Source of the DNA: Schizosaccharomyces osmophilus
Taxonomy: Eukaryota
Length of the DNA stretch: 64,000 nt
Assembly: GCF_027921745.1 (NCBI RefSeq)
Contig: NC_079238.1
Location: forward strand, 4,154,001 to 4,218,000
Reading direction: 5' to 3'
A program made the translations under genes and the position numbers. Positions 24,733-38,061 of this stretch are shown here, piece after piece. The first letter of the stretch is position 1, and each line of letters starts with the position of its first letter. A model generated the notes under the pieces. That model saw only the letters and a list, made by a program, of their open reading frames with translations, was not told the origin of the DNA and ran no database searches.

Positions 24733-26176
24733 TTACTTGTTTCTCTTGTAAATCTTGCCCAAAAAGGTCAAAAAGACAGACTTCTTTAAACCACCAGACT
24801 CGTTAACAGACTCGATACGCTTCTTGATTCCAGACACTTCAGCGTCTTCGTATTTTGCAAATTCATTACGAATAGCAAGTTCCTCAAATACGGTCTTGAC
24901 TCTAGCCTCGCATTCATGGTTCTTAACGCCGTAATTCTTATCGAGGATTGCACGTTGCTCAGGAGATGCCTTGGAGAGGGCAAGATTGATCAGCCAGGAA
25001 CATTTGTTGTCCAAAATATCAGTACCGACTTTGCCGGTGATGTTGGGATCGCCGTAACAATCAAGATAATCATCTTGTACTTGGAAGTACTTTCCTAGGG
25101 GAAGGAGGATATCACTTGCAATTTGCAAGTTTTCTTTAGATGCAATGCCAGCAAGATACATAGCTAAGGCAACGGGAAGGTAAAAGGAATAGAAAGCGGT
25201 CTTGTAGATAACAATGAAAGAATGCTTTTCAAGAGAAAATTTGGAAATATCGACATGGTCTTCGGGGGCAGTAAGAAGATCGAGTTGTTGGCCCAGTTCA
25301 GTCTGGAAGGTAACATCATGGAAGAGTTCAAGAAGGTCAACGTAGTAAGGATCCTGACGGAAATACTTCTTAAGAAGGAAGTAAATAGCAGATTCAAGCA
25401 TGAAAGCGTCATTAATGGCGATGTTTCCAACATTTGGCAATAAATACCAACAAGGTTGACCGCGTCTTGTTTGGGAAGCATCCATCATATCATCAGCGAC
25501 GAGGAAAAAGGCTTGGAGCAACTCAATGGACCATCCAAGGACAGATGCCTTCTTATAAGCTTTCTCATCAAGAGGCTCACCAAGCAGGATTTCGTATGTA
25601 TCAATGACAGACAATCCACGGTTATACTTTCCTCCAAGGGTATTATGGTAAAGACTCTAGAATCGCGTTAGCCGCTAAGATTTCGTTTTTGAATGGTCAT
25701 CACGAATTGCAGATATGAAGAAAACGATCATTCATTAAGGGAAAATTCAATCAAGTTTTCAAAATGGTCTGCTAATGTCGGTGACACGCCAAAGCGCTCA
25801 TCTCGTAAAACAAAGGCGTCAAACCCGATGGATATGTACGAGATAATGCACAATGTGGGAAAGTAACATACCTTTTCATACCACTGAGCAACGTCCTTGG
25901 GAATATTGATGGACTTTAGGTAGTCCAGAATATCATTGACGAAGTCTGGATAGATGGACTCAAACTTTTGTCTTTTATCGACAGCGGAGCTCTATAAACA
26001 TATAAGTATCTTGAAAACGGAATAAGAGTATATATCTCAATGGAAATAGGAGAAAATGAACTGAGACTCGCGTTTTTCGCGTTTACCTTAAAGGTACACT
26101 CTGCAAGGAATGTACAAAAGAAAATACAATAAGCAGCCTCCAGCTTTTTCTACAAGCGACTTACCTGAGAAGACAT
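24733..26176 (-). CDS. fps1: Farnesyl diphosphate synthase (Erg20)
   Basis: Exons 26176-26165, 25991-25872, 25656-24733; GGKYNRG, DDMMD and DDYLD aspartate-rich motifs. Confidence 0.95.
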
Positions 26177-26825
26177 TTTTGCAAAAGATCGTATACAAAT
26201 TGGATAAAGTCAAGTTGCACCGGTTTTAATCGTCAACCTTGTAGTAGGAATCCTTAGACAACTTGGGGATTTGAGTTTTGTTTAGCGACAACCATATTTT
26301 CGCTACTTTTTACTTTAATAATGACTACTAGATAATATTTTCTTAAAAGGAAATGATCATGTATTATTTCTATATGTTGCTAGCGATTCTTTCGTTTTTT
26401 CTTTCTATTCCGTATACTACTGCCATTCTCTAATTCTTTTCATATTAATAAGGTTATTTACAGGTCATACTAAAATTTTGGATTTCGACTTTTTGTTCAA
26501 CAGTCGCTACTAAATGAAAGGTGTCTTGGTTGCAAAACATAAATGTGAATCCTTTATTATTTCATTCAGTTTTTTAATTCTTTATTGCCTCGTTTTATAA
26601 AAGCTTCGGAACTAGTAGAGGTTCTCGCGTTCATCATATTCCAATAGAAAAATAAAGCGTTTCATTAAAACCTTTTTACCCATTGTACTTTCTTCAAGCT
26701 CCTACATTTTTCATGTTTACTACCTTTTGATCCTCTATTTAGTATTTATGTTTTCTTTACCTTTCTACAGCGGCCGCCTTTGTCTTTTTTATTTTTATTT
26801 TATTTATTTATAATGATGTTGAATT

Positions 26826-26918
26826 TGTTTACCTTTGCATGTAAACAAACTCCTGTAAGGCATTCCTCGCCGACGTTACACTTCCTTATACTAGGTCTGA
26901 CATCTCAAAATGTAAACA
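26826..26918. promoter_or_regulatory. Three forkhead/FLEX (GTAAACA) sites upstream of cut23
   Basis: TGTTTAC 26826-32, GTAAACAAAC 26841-50, GTAAACA 26912-18. Confidence 0.6.
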
Positions 26919-27126
26919 AAGTTGGTAAGCACAAACAGTCGGCTTGATTTCGTTTTGTGCTCTACCAAATGCTATAAATTATTGTCTACTTAAGGAAATT
27001 TAGAAAAGTTGAAATACTGTGTATCAAAAGAACCTTACTAGTCGTCTTACACCTTGGATTTGAAAAGGACTGAATCGTTTTTGATTTACTGTCTCTGAGA
27101 GTTTTCAAAAGGAAAGTGCTGCCATA

Positions 27127-29081
27127 ATGATGCTGGAAGAGGGAACTTATACACAGCAAAAAACAATAGAAATTCGAAGCGGCTTATGGAACTGCATCAA
27201 GGAATGTTCAGAAAGAGGTTTGGTTTACAGTGTACGATGGTAAGTAGTTATATAATGAAGGAAACTGGCGGGGGATATTTTTGGTTAAGAAACATTTTTG
27301 GTCTTTGACAATTTAATTCATGAATCGCAAGTGTCTGATGGGCTTTATGAGTATTATTTTGCATAAACGAAAAGCGCCTGCTAAAGACCCTAGATCAGTA
27401 TTTGTAAAGATATACGCAAGGATCTAATACTACTCATCTTATATTCGCTGATTTGATACTAATATGCAACAGGGCCGCTGAAATGCTTGCCGGTTTAAAA
27501 TCCGCAAATACCCTTGATGCTCCTTTTTCTTCTACTCCTACCGCCGAGCTTGAGGAAGATACAGCTACGACAAATGAACGCATCTTGGAATTCAAGGAAG
27601 ACACTACTTATATACTGGCCAAAGCGTACTTTGACTGTAAAGAGTTCGAAAGAACTGCTTACACACTTCAAAACTGCAAATCTTCAAAATCGCTCTTTTT
27701 GCAACTCTATAGTAAATATTTAGCAGGAGAAAAAAAGATAGAGGAGGAAGCAGATACTGTTACTGCCTCTATTTATCCAGCTTCTTCTTCAAGCCGTGAG
27801 CTCTATTCCATATCGGAAACCTTGGATAGTGTACTAAAACAAGGGAATCAGGACCCATATCTTTTATACCTCAGTGGCGTTGTTAATAGGAGAAGGAAGC
27901 AGTACCCAAAGGCTATTGATTTTCTTCTTGCTTGCATCCGTAAAACTCCCTACTTTTGGTCAGCATGGCAAGAACTCTCATTATGCTTGGATAGCCCAGA
28001 GGTTTTGGCCAGTGTCATTCGTCGTCTTTCAAAAGACCATGTAATGACTAAAGTATTTATTATTTATGCATCTCATGAGCTTCACCAAATCAACGGTTCT
28101 GTCTACGAAAGGCTGGCCGAAGTAGATTCCTTTTTTCCCTCAAGCCGCCATTTAAAAACACAGCGTGCTTTATTAGCTTACGACACAAGAGGTACGAATA
28201 TTATTATAGAATCGTCCTAACCTTCCCTTCTAGACTTTGATGATGCCGAAGAATTGTTTGAAGATATCTTGAAAAGCGATCCTTATCGTTTAGACGATAT
28301 GGATACTTATTCCAATGTTCTTTTTGTATTGGAAAGAAAATCAAAACTAGGATTCTTGGCTCAAGTAGCTTCAACTATAGACAAATTTCGCCCAGAGACC
28401 TGTTCAATCATCGGAAATTATTACAGTTTATTATCAGAACATGAAAAGGCAGTTACGTATTTTAAGAGAGCAATACGATTAAATCGAAACTACTTGGCTG
28501 CTTGGACTCTTATGGGACATGAATATGTTGAACTCAAAAACACACATGCTGCTATAGAATCTTATCGCTTAGCTGTCGACGTCAACAGAAAAGACTACAG
28601 GGCATGGTACGGTCTGGGTCAAACGTACGAAGTTTTAGATATGCATTTTTACGCTCTTTACTATTTCCAACGCGCTACCGCTCTTCGCCCTTATGACCAG
28701 AGGATGTGGCAGGCGTTGGGGAACTGTTACGAAAAAATTCAACGGCCGCAAGAAGCCATCAAAGCTTATAAAAGAGCTTTACTGGGATCTCCTATAAACA
28801 GTTCAATTTTGATGCGTTTAGGTAATCTTTACGAAGAATTACATGACTTGGATACTGCTTCCGCAATGTATAAAGAATGTATCCGAAGTGAAGAAGAAGG
28901 TGATATGACGCCGGAAACCATTAAAGCGAGAATGTGGCTGGCAAAGAGAGAACTTAATCGGAAAAATTTTAGACAAGCAGAAATGTATGTCAGTGAGATT
29001 TTGAATGGTGATTTGGAACTTGAAGAGGCAAAAGCTTTGATGCGAGAGTTAAGAAGCCGAATGGAGCATACTCCTAATTAA
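27127..29081 (+). CDS. cut23: APC/C TPR subunit Apc8/Cdc23
   Basis: Exons 27127-27239, 27473-28191, 28234-29081; [23 protein letters not shown], TPRs ([18 protein letters not shown]). Confidence 0.95.
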
Positions 29082-29238
29082 AATAGGAAGTATGTAGTTC
29101 ACCTGAGCCATTTCCTGATCACGGACTTTTGAATTATGAATACTTTAAGGTGTAATGTAAAATAAATTTCTTCTATTAGTCATGAGTCTCATTAATATTA
29201 GTTATGCATGTCTATCACGAATTGAATTTATCCCATTA

Positions 29239-31337
29239 TCATTGCTCAGAAAGATCATTATTTGGATCATCCATCATCATTTCCGAGCGCGTATCCACAT
29301 AAATTAAAGAGTTGTTATTTAAAGTCTCATCAAAGCGAGGTGAATGATATCCCATAACGTTGCCATTACTCGCGTTAATAGTAGATTGCTGCATATACTC
29401 GCTGACGGCATCTTCGTATACCAAATCATCAGGAACAGCAGGTATCAGAGAATTTTCTTCAAGGGCACGTTTCAAAAGATCGGAGGCCACTATTTCGTTT
29501 TGAGAAATCGCCAGACTCTAATAGAGGTTAATAAAATTATGTTCACTGAGGATGCTGAAAAATGATACTTACCTCATGCAAATGTGTGATTGCGAGATCG
29601 GGCATTTTTTTATGCATATAGACTAAAGCTATTGCAGTATGTATACTGGCATCTTGAGTAGACAAAACAAGCCCCTGCTCAAGAGCATCGATTGCTTCGT
29701 CAAACAATCTATACGTTAGATTTACGTTTTAAATTTTAAACGTACCTTAATTTTCTGTAAGCATGACCAAGATTCGCCCAAGTAGCTGCCCATGGTTTCT
29801 CATTGCTTTGTGTTTTCTTTACTAGTTGCAAAGCAGAATTAAAAAACTTTATTGACTGTTGCATATCGGACTTATTAAACGCAACAACTCCCATTTCATT
29901 AAGTAAGAGGGGATCATACTGGAATAGAGAGTAGGAACTTCGCAAATATTCATCGGCTAATGATATATTTCCGAGTTGCATATGCTGCATTCCAAGAAAT
30001 AGATAAGGAAGATGAGTCCCTTGAAATAATCGGGCAGCGGTTGTATAAGCTGAAATGGCTTGGTCGTGTTCGCCTTCGATAGCAAAAGAATGAGCAAATC
30101 CAATCCAAGCAGGGCCAAATTGGGGATCAATTGTTGATGATTTTGAAAAGTACCTCCGTGCTTCTTGTACTTTATTAACAGATAAATAGTATATCCCAAC
30201 GGCGAGCCAAGTGACAGCTTTTTCAGGATGACGATCTACCAGATCATGTGAAATCAAAAACAACTTATTTTTTTCACCCATTTCATGAAGAGATGCAAGA
30301 TGTATTGGATAAACAGCCATGTTGTAAGGATCGCTTTCTAAAATATTTGAAGTTATACTTAGAACATCAACGAAACGAGATCGGAGGATAAGTGATTCAG
30401 CCTTTGAAATCAACAGATCAGCATTCTTTTCCAAACCAGGTATAGAAGTCAAATAATCTTCAGCGGCTCTTAACTCAGATTCATGAGAAGTCTTATTTAG
30501 GCGTAACATGTATAGCGATTTCAGAAAATTCGCGTCTTCTTTCGAATACGTCGAATAATCAAGATTAGATACCAACTCCCATTCTTCAGACGCTGTAAGA
30601 AGATGATTCGATACCAACTGATCAAATGCCTCAAAACATTTGGTGTCGACCATCAAAGCTTCTTTATAGCATTCCTTGGCACGGTCAAAATCACTTAAGT
30701 TCGTATACACTTGACCACGCAAATAGCACATTGAAGCTTCTAATTTGATCCCGCCATCTTGCATACGCAATTTATCACTATTCCCATTTGCTTTACTAAA
30801 AGGATTTGTTTCGCCAAGCAACTCTAAGGCACCTTGCCAATCAAACAACTTAACAGAACAGAAGGCAGCTAAATACCTGCAGGCCGAACTTTGATTACAT
30901 AAATTTTCTTTTGTTAGCAAGCCTTTTGCTCTAGCATAATCTTCAGTGCAACAATAGACCTGTGCAAGCCAAAATGCATCATTTGAGTCCTTGGTCATAT
31001 CAAGGACCTTTTCACCAACAAACGCGGCACATTTGTATTGTTGCTGCATTAATGCATCATGCCTCCACATTCGCAGATATTCTTCGCGCGATAATGACTC
31101 CAGGCCAGCAGTCGATAAATTTTTTTCTCTTATAAAGGATAATTCTGTAGATGTATTTGCAACATATGCCATAGGACTAATCGTTAAGGTAGACATCTGA
31201 GAATTTGAATTGTTTACATTTAGTGCTCCCATTGATGGAGGTGTCATAAAGGCATTTGGGGGACGTGACTCTCCCTGGCTAAAGGAAGAAGGTGTAGCCG
31301 CGGATTTGAATGAGGCTTGAGACCGTTTCCCCATCAT
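29239..31337 (-). CDS. cut9: APC/C TPR subunit Apc6/Cdc16
   Basis: Exons 31337-29746, 29708-29573, 29517-29239; LRMWRHDALMQQQY, AWIGFAHSFAIEGEHDQA, NLGHAYRKL. Confidence 0.95.
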
Positions 31338-31640
31338 TGTTGTTGACAAAGGTCTATAAACTTCTTCGATTATTGAGTCCTCTTGGGCGTAGTAGATGTT
31401 AAGAACACATAACGAGTTATAGGGCGTGTAAATATGTAGTTCACCGGCATGACCATGTAGGTGTTTGTATATGGCACTTGGGATACAATGATTACTTTTA
31501 CAAATTATTTATACAATTTTTCTCATAACCTCTTTTACTTATATTCTTTCGAAAGAAACAACCCAAAACCGAACATTTATTTTTTTACCTACTGGGCATA
31601 ATTAAGTTATATAGTAATTCCAAAAAACCAAATATTTTCA

Positions 31641-34600
31641 TTACAAGTACAAAGAAGCACTAAAAACAATATCACGATGTATACAACTGATAGTGTCTTC
31701 CATCTTCTTTTGTAAACCTGAATTACCAATTACTTTAGCGGCCTCACCCATTTGTCGGAGAAGTTCTTCCAGACGCCTAAACATACGAATCAAGGAACCT
31801 TCATAGACATCAGTCATCTTACAGATTTGTGCAAAGGTAGCTCCATGAGCCCAAGCATACACAATCTCCATTACTGATGGCTTGAAACTGTTAACATAAT
31901 CCTCCTCATTAACATCAAACTTGCTTTCCTGAGAAACTTTAGCAATTCGACGAGCCATTTCTTGTAAAATACGAAGAGGACCAGCAAGCTCATCCTTCAT
32001 GCGCTGATTTTCAGCTTCACTTTTCTCTTGGAAAACTACGCAACTGAGAAGAGCAGCACATTGCTCTGGCTTCAAGTCATTGAAAATACCGTTAAAAATG
32101 AGTTCCGTAAGTAACAATCCGTCTCCAGTACTAATTTCGCATGCAACACGACCTTTCATTTCTATAACGTCGTCAGAAGAAGTGAATCCTAAGCGGCGGA
32201 GAACCCTTTTGCGAGCACTTAATTCATCCAGCTGCATAATAGCTTTAGCTTTTGAAAGTTGCTTTTTAAGCTCTTTAATTTGGTCAAGCATAGAAAGCTT
32301 CCCAAGATATTGATCATATTTTTCTTTCAAATCTTCAAAGTTATGAAGAGGATTCGACAGCAATCTAGCCTCCAAAACATCCACTTTTTTCATCAACTTC
32401 AAAAAGGCCGGATCCTTGACGTTCATATTCTCAACAGGATCTAACAGACTGATTCCATCAGGGAAACGACGCTTGACTTCACTAAGCGCTTTACCCACTG
32501 TGTCTCTCTGAGCTTGAGATTTCAAGTCATTGGGTAAAAATACACGAATATGAGCAATTCCATTCAAAGCTGATAAGGGGACGGGAACCACTTCAAATCT
32601 TCCTTTGTCGTCGCCTTTAGGCGCATGAATCTCAGGTAAGCGACCATTCTTCATCCTTGGGCGTTCACTATCCGAAGGAACTTTCACTATTACGTCTAGT
32701 ACATAAGACTCTTGAGGAACATACTCCTTGGTTTCACCCTTGGGAAGAGGTCTCTTTGATACACTTACAACAGCACCCCAGCCAAAATCTTCATCTTTGT
32801 AATTTATGGCTACAAGTCGGCCGCTTTGCAAAAATGAAAGGCAAAAGTTAGGATGATTAATGACCGTTCTAACATCGTCTCGGTACTTTTTCAGTTGAAG
32901 CTGAATTGTGTGATAATCCTCTAATGCTCGCTCATCAGGAATGGACGTATTGTCATATTGTTGTTGAAGATTTTCCAAGTTTTCTTCCATTTTGGGAACT
33001 TCCATACTGTTCTGAAATTGGAAAAAGCAACGTTCGAGCATAAACTCAGGAGAAATACCTTCAACACGCAGCAAGTTCAAAATCATGTTGTAACTCAGGT
33101 GGAAAGCAGAATCTAGACGGTCCGCTTCACCTTTAAGCATTGTCATAGCCACAGGTGGTTCCATTTTTTCGTCAATCATTAAAATTACAACACCACGGTC
33201 ATCCAAACCACGACGACCAGCTCTACCACTCATTTGAATGTATTCACCACCTGAAATCCAACGGAAGCTCTTTCCATCAAACTTTCTAACGTTAGTGAAA
33301 ACGACAGTTTTCGCAGGCATGTTAAGTCCAATGGAAAACGTCTCGGTAGCAAACAACACCTTAATTAAACCTTCCTGAAACAAAATTTCAATAACTTCCT
33401 TCAAAATTGGAAGCAAACCAGAGTGGTGAATGCCGATACCGCGACGAAGCAGAGGCAAGATATGCTCGATTTGAGGTAAATCACGATCCTTTTCGGATAA
33501 CTGATTAATAGCATTTTTAAAAATAGTGGTAACGAGATCACGCTCAGTTTCATCGTTCATATCTAGCTTGGACATTTGCAAAGCTAAAGCTTCACAATCA
33601 CGCTTGCTAAAACTGAAAACAATGACCGGATTATAGTTCTTCAGCATAATCATTTTGACAATTTTGTAGATGTCAGAAGGACCTTTAACACCTCCTTTGC
33701 CAGTTTTTCCCTTTTTAGCATTTTTCTTGGAGACAACAGCAGCTGGGTCATCACCCTGTTTTTCAACCAAAGCAGTCATTGCTCTTTGGAAATTTTCTTC
33801 ACGAAAAACGCTCTTTTCATCAACTACTAAATGTATTCCATCACCACCGCTGGGAAACAAATAGTGCTGTAAAGGTGTTGGTCGAAAATCCGTATAAACA
33901 ACGTGACAGGGTTGACGATGAATTTTAGTGATCCATTCCGCGAATTGCATGGCATTGGGAATAGTTGCAGAAAGGAAAACGAAATGAGCCTGATCAGGCA
34001 ATAATATAATAGTTTCTTCCCATACAACACCACGTTCCTTGTCACGCATATAATGAATTTCATCAAAAATAACCCAAGCAACTTCACGCATTACCTCAGA
34101 GCCACGGTAAAGCATTGAACGAAGAATTTCGGTGGTCATTACCAAGCAGGTAGCGTCTGGATTGATAGTAACATCACCGGTCATTAGACCAACATCGCCA
34201 AATTCTGCTAAGAGCTCTCTGTATTTTTGATTACTCAGAGCTTTGATGGGACTGGTGTAGATGACTCTTTGCTTATCACGAAGCGACTGAGCAACAGCGT
34301 ACTCAGCAACAACAGTTTTACCGGCAGATGTGTGAGCACTAACCAAAACACTCTCTTGACGTTCAATCGAAGCAATGGAAACTGCTTGGAAAGGATCAAG
34401 GGTAAAAGGGTATGTTCGAGCTGGTGGATCCGGGCTTTTGTGTTGAGATATAGGTACGTAGTTGTAATTTGGAGGCAACGACACTTGGTGACGGACTTGA
34501 TGGCGAAGCTCGACAACATGATCAGATTCCGATTTAGCTTCAGCCATGCCAACATCACCAGCAACCTTCAAAGAAGCTTCCTGCTCAAAAGAATCGGTAA

Positions 34601-34964
34601 CCAATGCATCAGCAGGAGGCTTGCCATCCTCTGTCCCATTCTCGGAAGAAACAGGGATCTCTTCTGAGGCATCAACAATCTCGTTTACTACTCCTTCACC
34701 CTTATTAGCACCTGCAACAGGCTCGTTCGATCTGGTCCAAGGAGCAGCTATAGATTCCTCAATCTTCTTACGCTTAACATCCGACTGTTTTGCTTCAGAA
34801 TCCTGTCGCTTATTGCTTCCTTTTACAGCATCAACAGACTGATTATCATTAGAAGATGACTGTTTGCCATTTTCTCCCTTAGGGCTGTCTACGTCTTTCT
34901 TTAAGCTTTTTGGAACTTTTCCCTCAAAAACGTCAAAAGCATCATCTAACTCTCCTTCAAACAT
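31641..34964 (-). CDS. mtr4: Ski2-family DExH RNA helicase of TRAMP/exosome
   Basis: First ATG 34964; [28 protein letters not shown]-terminal [11 protein letters not shown]. Confidence 0.96.
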   Translation of the reverse strand: MFEGELDDAFDVFEGKVPKSLKKDVDSPKGENGKQSSSNDNQSVDAVKGSNKRQDSEAKQSDVKRKKIEESIAAPWTRSNEPVAGANKGEGVVNEIVDASEEIPVSSENGTEDGKPPADALVTDSFEQEASLKVAGDVGMAEAKSESDHVVELRHQVRHQVSLPPNYNYVPISQHKSPDPPARTYPFTLDPFQAVSIASIERQESVLVSAHTSAGKTVVAEYAVAQSLRDKQRVIYTSPIKALSNQKYRELLAEFGDVGLMTGDVTINPDATCLVMTTEILRSMLYRGSEVMREVAWVIFDEIHYMRDKERGVVWEETIILLPDQAHFVFLSATIPNAMQFAEWITKIHRQPCHVVYTDFRPTPLQHYLFPSGGDGIHLVVDEKSVFREENFQRAMTALVEKQGDDPAAVVSKKNAKKGKTGKGGVKGPSDIYKIVKMIMLKNYNPVIVFSFSKRDCEALALQMSKLDMNDETERDLVTTIFKNAINQLSEKDRDLPQIEHILPLLRRGIGIHHSGLLPILKEVIEILFQEGLIKVLFATETFSIGLNMPAKTVVFTNVRKFDGKSFRWISGGEYIQMSGRAGRRGLDDRGVVILMIDEKMEPPVAMTMLKGEADRLDSAFHLSYNMILNLLRVEGISPEFMLERCFFQFQNSMEVPKMEENLENLQQQYDNTSIPDERALEDYHTIQLQLKKYRDDVRTVINHPNFCLSFLQSGRLVAINYKDEDFGWGAVVSVSKRPLPKGETKEYVPQESYVLDVIVKVPSDSERPRMKNGRLPEIHAPKGDDKGRFEVVPVPLSALNGIAHIRVFLPNDLKSQAQRDTVGKALSEVKRRFPDGISLLDPVENMNVKDPAFLKLMKKVDVLEARLLSNPLHNFEDLKEKYDQYLGKLSMLDQIKELKKQLSKAKAIMQLDELSARKRVLRRLGFTSSDDVIEMKGRVACEISTGDGLLLTELIFNGIFNDLKPEQCAALLSCVVFQEKSEAENQRMKDELAGPLRILQEMARRIAKVSQESKFDVNEEDYVNSFKPSVMEIVYAWAHGATFAQICKMTDVYEGSLIRMFRRLEELLRQMGEAAKVIGNSGLQKKMEDTISCIHRDIVFSASLYL

Positions 34965-35371
34965 TGCAATGATCAATTACAATCGTGCAATGATGAATAG
35001 GTAAAAGTGCTTGAGAAGGCTAAGTTACTTTTACCATAGAAATTGGAATTTTTTCGCTTCAATATAGCTATAGCGATATCATTCAAGTTCATAATGTATT
35101 TCGTACAATATGTACTGCAATGCGCTATTTAGCTTAACGGATTTCAACTGTGTCCCCTATTCAGTATATTACCACCAAAGCGAGGGACATATGTGAATTC
35201 GTGCCTACCTATTTATAATCCTTGATTTATCAATTCTAATAGATCGTGTAGGACAGTATTTGCTAAGGAGGAAAAACTTAGCTGTAGTCCAAAAAAAGAC
35301 ACACGAAAAAGGCAGAGTGAACTGTTTACTAAGATTCTAGATATATACTCATTACCTAAAACAGCTAAATA

Positions 35372-37570
35372 ATGGAAGCAGTGGATAATGTGGAAAAACA
35401 CACTATAAGAGAGTCATCTACTACCACGGAATTAGAGTCTACTCCCAAAATACCAGCTGAAGATGTTGTCGACTCTTCAGCAGCAACCAGTGGAGTAAAA
35501 CGAAAGCGCCTACCGAACGACAGAGTTGGTATGTTGAAAGATGAGATTCAGGAAAATCCTCATAATCTTTCTGCTTGGTACGCATTAGTTGAGGAGTACG
35601 GTTCGAAAGGAAAGCATGAGGAACTTCGAGAAACATATGAACAAATGTTACGTCCATTTCCTTATGTTCCTCGCGTGTGGGTGGATTACATAAATGCTGA
35701 ACTTGCTTTCAACGATTTTAGAGCTGTTGAAGTCTTGTTTAGTCGTTGTTTGGTGAAAGTTCTATCCGTAGATCTGTGGACACTCTATTTAAGTTATGTT
35801 CGACGTATCAATCCTGAAGGTGAAGGTCAATCACGTTCAACAATTACTCAGGCCTACGAATTTTCCATCAATACAATTGGAATGGACTTACAGAGTGGTC
35901 CGATTTGGTCAGACTTTATTGATTTTCTTCGTTCTGGACCTGCAGCCTCGACGTGGGAGCAACAACAAAAATTAGACGCTGTTCGTCGTACTTATCAACG
36001 TGCAGTCTCTACTCCTATTTACAACATTGAAAAGCTGTGGAGGGATTATGATGCATTCGAAAATAGCGTTAACCGGGCTACGGCTAGAAAGTTTGTAGCC
36101 GAGAAATCTCCGGCATATATGTCTGCTAGAGCTGCCATGCGCGAGCTCTCTAATATGACTAACGGATTACGGGTCCTGGATTTTACTTTCGAACGAAAGC
36201 ATAATAATGCTGAGAAGACGGCCTATGTTCGTTGGATGAAATGGATTGAATGGGAAAAGGGTGATCCTTTAGATTTGCTTCATGGTACAACTTTACAAGG
36301 AAGAATTGCTTATGCTTACGAACAAGCCATGCTTTATATTCCTCTTTGTCCTCAAGTTTGGTTGGATGCTTTCTCTTACTTTTTAAATATCCCAGATGAG
36401 CAACGTGCCTTGCAGGTAATGAAGCGCGGTATGCGTTATTGCCCCTCAAGCTTTGTGCTACATGTCCGTTATGCAGAACATGAAGAAGCAAATGGTCGCA
36501 CTTCCGACATCCGTGTAACTTACGAGTCTTTGGTTGCTGCCTTGTCCAGAGAAATTATCCTAGTGGAAAAACAATCGGTATCTGACAACTTTCAGGGCTC
36601 GGAAAAAAAACAAGAAGGAAATAAACCGACTGGTATCTTACTCAAATTGGAAAAGCGTAAGAAAAAATTGGTAACAGAATATAGTCTTGCATGGTGTTGT
36701 TTAATGAATGCTGTTCGTAGGACAGAAGGAATCAAATCTGCAAGATCTGTGTTTACAAAAGCAAGGAAAGCACCACACCAATCTCATGAAATTTACATTG
36801 CAAGTGCTTTGATGGAACATCATTGTTCCAAGGATAGCACAATCGCTTCAAAGATATTTGAACTCGGTTTAAGACACTTTAGTGATCTACCAGACTATGT
36901 ATATAAATATTTATGTTACCTGATTTCTATCAACGATGAAACCAATGCTCGTGCACTTTTTGAAAAAGCTATTTCAAAGATGAATGCTATTGAAGCGAAG
37001 CCTATTTATCAAAGATGGCTTGATTATGAGAGTAGGTATGGCGATTTGAACGCTGCTATTAGCTTAAGTCAAAGGATGGCACTAGTGTATCCTCAGGAGT
37101 CTACTCAAAGTATATTCTTATCACGTTATGGTTTGGAAGAAGAACGCGAAGAAGATGAATTCGATGCAGATATATATGAACTCCGGCCTACAACTGATTC
37201 TATTTCTCAGAATAAGGATGATGATGCTGCTTCTGAAACCTCAGATTCTTCAAAAAGTAACGTAGAGATGGAAGATACTCGGTTGTTGCCTGCTTCATTA
37301 GAGACTGGAGCTGCTCATCCTCCTCCTATTTCTGCACAAGTTCCTGCGGCACTTGTACCGTTACCCCCTATTGTTACAGAACTACTAGACGAGTTACCAG
37401 CTGCTCAGACTATTACTGGTATGTTAAAATTGATTTGTAATGTATTACTAACAAAAACAGAAGCCCCCATTCATCCTGCTAAACTAATGGATTATGTTGT
37501 CAAATCCGATATTCCCTTCATTCGTCTTAGGAATGCAAACACGCATTTAAAAAAAGCACGTTACAATTGA
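35372..37570 (+). CDS. rna14: mRNA cleavage/polyadenylation factor Rna14 (CstF-77)
   Basis: HAT repeats (SVDLWTLYLSYVRR, RRTEGIKSAR); probable 42-nt in-frame intron 37419-37460. Confidence 0.93.
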   Translation: MEAVDNVEKHTIRESSTTTELESTPKIPAEDVVDSSAATSGVKRKRLPNDRVGMLKDEIQENPHNLSAWYALVEEYGSKGKHEELRETYEQMLRPFPYVPRVWVDYINAELAFNDFRAVEVLFSRCLVKVLSVDLWTLYLSYVRRINPEGEGQSRSTITQAYEFSINTIGMDLQSGPIWSDFIDFLRSGPAASTWEQQQKLDAVRRTYQRAVSTPIYNIEKLWRDYDAFENSVNRATARKFVAEKSPAYMSARAAMRELSNMTNGLRVLDFTFERKHNNAEKTAYVRWMKWIEWEKGDPLDLLHGTTLQGRIAYAYEQAMLYIPLCPQVWLDAFSYFLNIPDEQRALQVMKRGMRYCPSSFVLHVRYAEHEEANGRTSDIRVTYESLVAALSREIILVEKQSVSDNFQGSEKKQEGNKPTGILLKLEKRKKKLVTEYSLAWCCLMNAVRRTEGIKSARSVFTKARKAPHQSHEIYIASALMEHHCSKDSTIASKIFELGLRHFSDLPDYVYKYLCYLISINDETNARALFEKAISKMNAIEAKPIYQRWLDYESRYGDLNAAISLSQRMALVYPQESTQSIFLSRYGLEEEREEDEFDADIYELRPTTDSISQNKDDDAASETSDSSKSNVEMEDTRLLPASLETGAAHPPPISAQVPAALVPLPPIVTELLDELPAAQTITGMLKLICNVLLTKTEAPIHPAKLMDYVVKSDIPFIRLRNANTHLKKARYN

Positions 37571-38061
37571 AAAGCGTCATTGAAAATTGTTATTTTGGAA
37601 CTTAATGGTTATACTTAATGAAAAAATTTTGGTTCTTTCAAAGGGCTTAAGCGTGTATATGTGGATTTTCCAATTACTAGTCTTGAGTAATAGTACAGTG
37701 CTGCTAGTAAAAGGTATTTTGCTAGAATACAAAACGTTTTCTTACGCATAGTGGTTTGGGCTCTTCAAATTTGAAGCTCCTACAAAAGTAGAAAATAACA
37801 GGATCTTTATATCGTGATTAACCAAAAAAAAACACATGTCAGCATAATTAAAGAGATGACAATATTCATTTTCAAAGAGTAAGGAAAGACTGTTCTTTAT
37901 TATATCATATTCTAAACGTTTTGTATGTTCATCCATTATTCACTTATCAACCAAAGAGGCTTGTGTACGTTTGCTGGTTTAACACAGCCTTCTTTTTTTC
38001 AATGTATTATACAGTAAGATTAGACCCAGTTCATTTTGTATACGCACAGTAAAACTCGTTT

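Noticed and set aside
27240..27472. 233-nt cut23 intron 1 as snoRNA host
   Set aside because: Only short 6-7 bp stems; no convincing C/D or H/ACA box arrangement
34227..34842. Antisense ORFs (146 and 98 aa) within mtr4
   Set aside because: Typical shadow ORFs of a biased-codon gene
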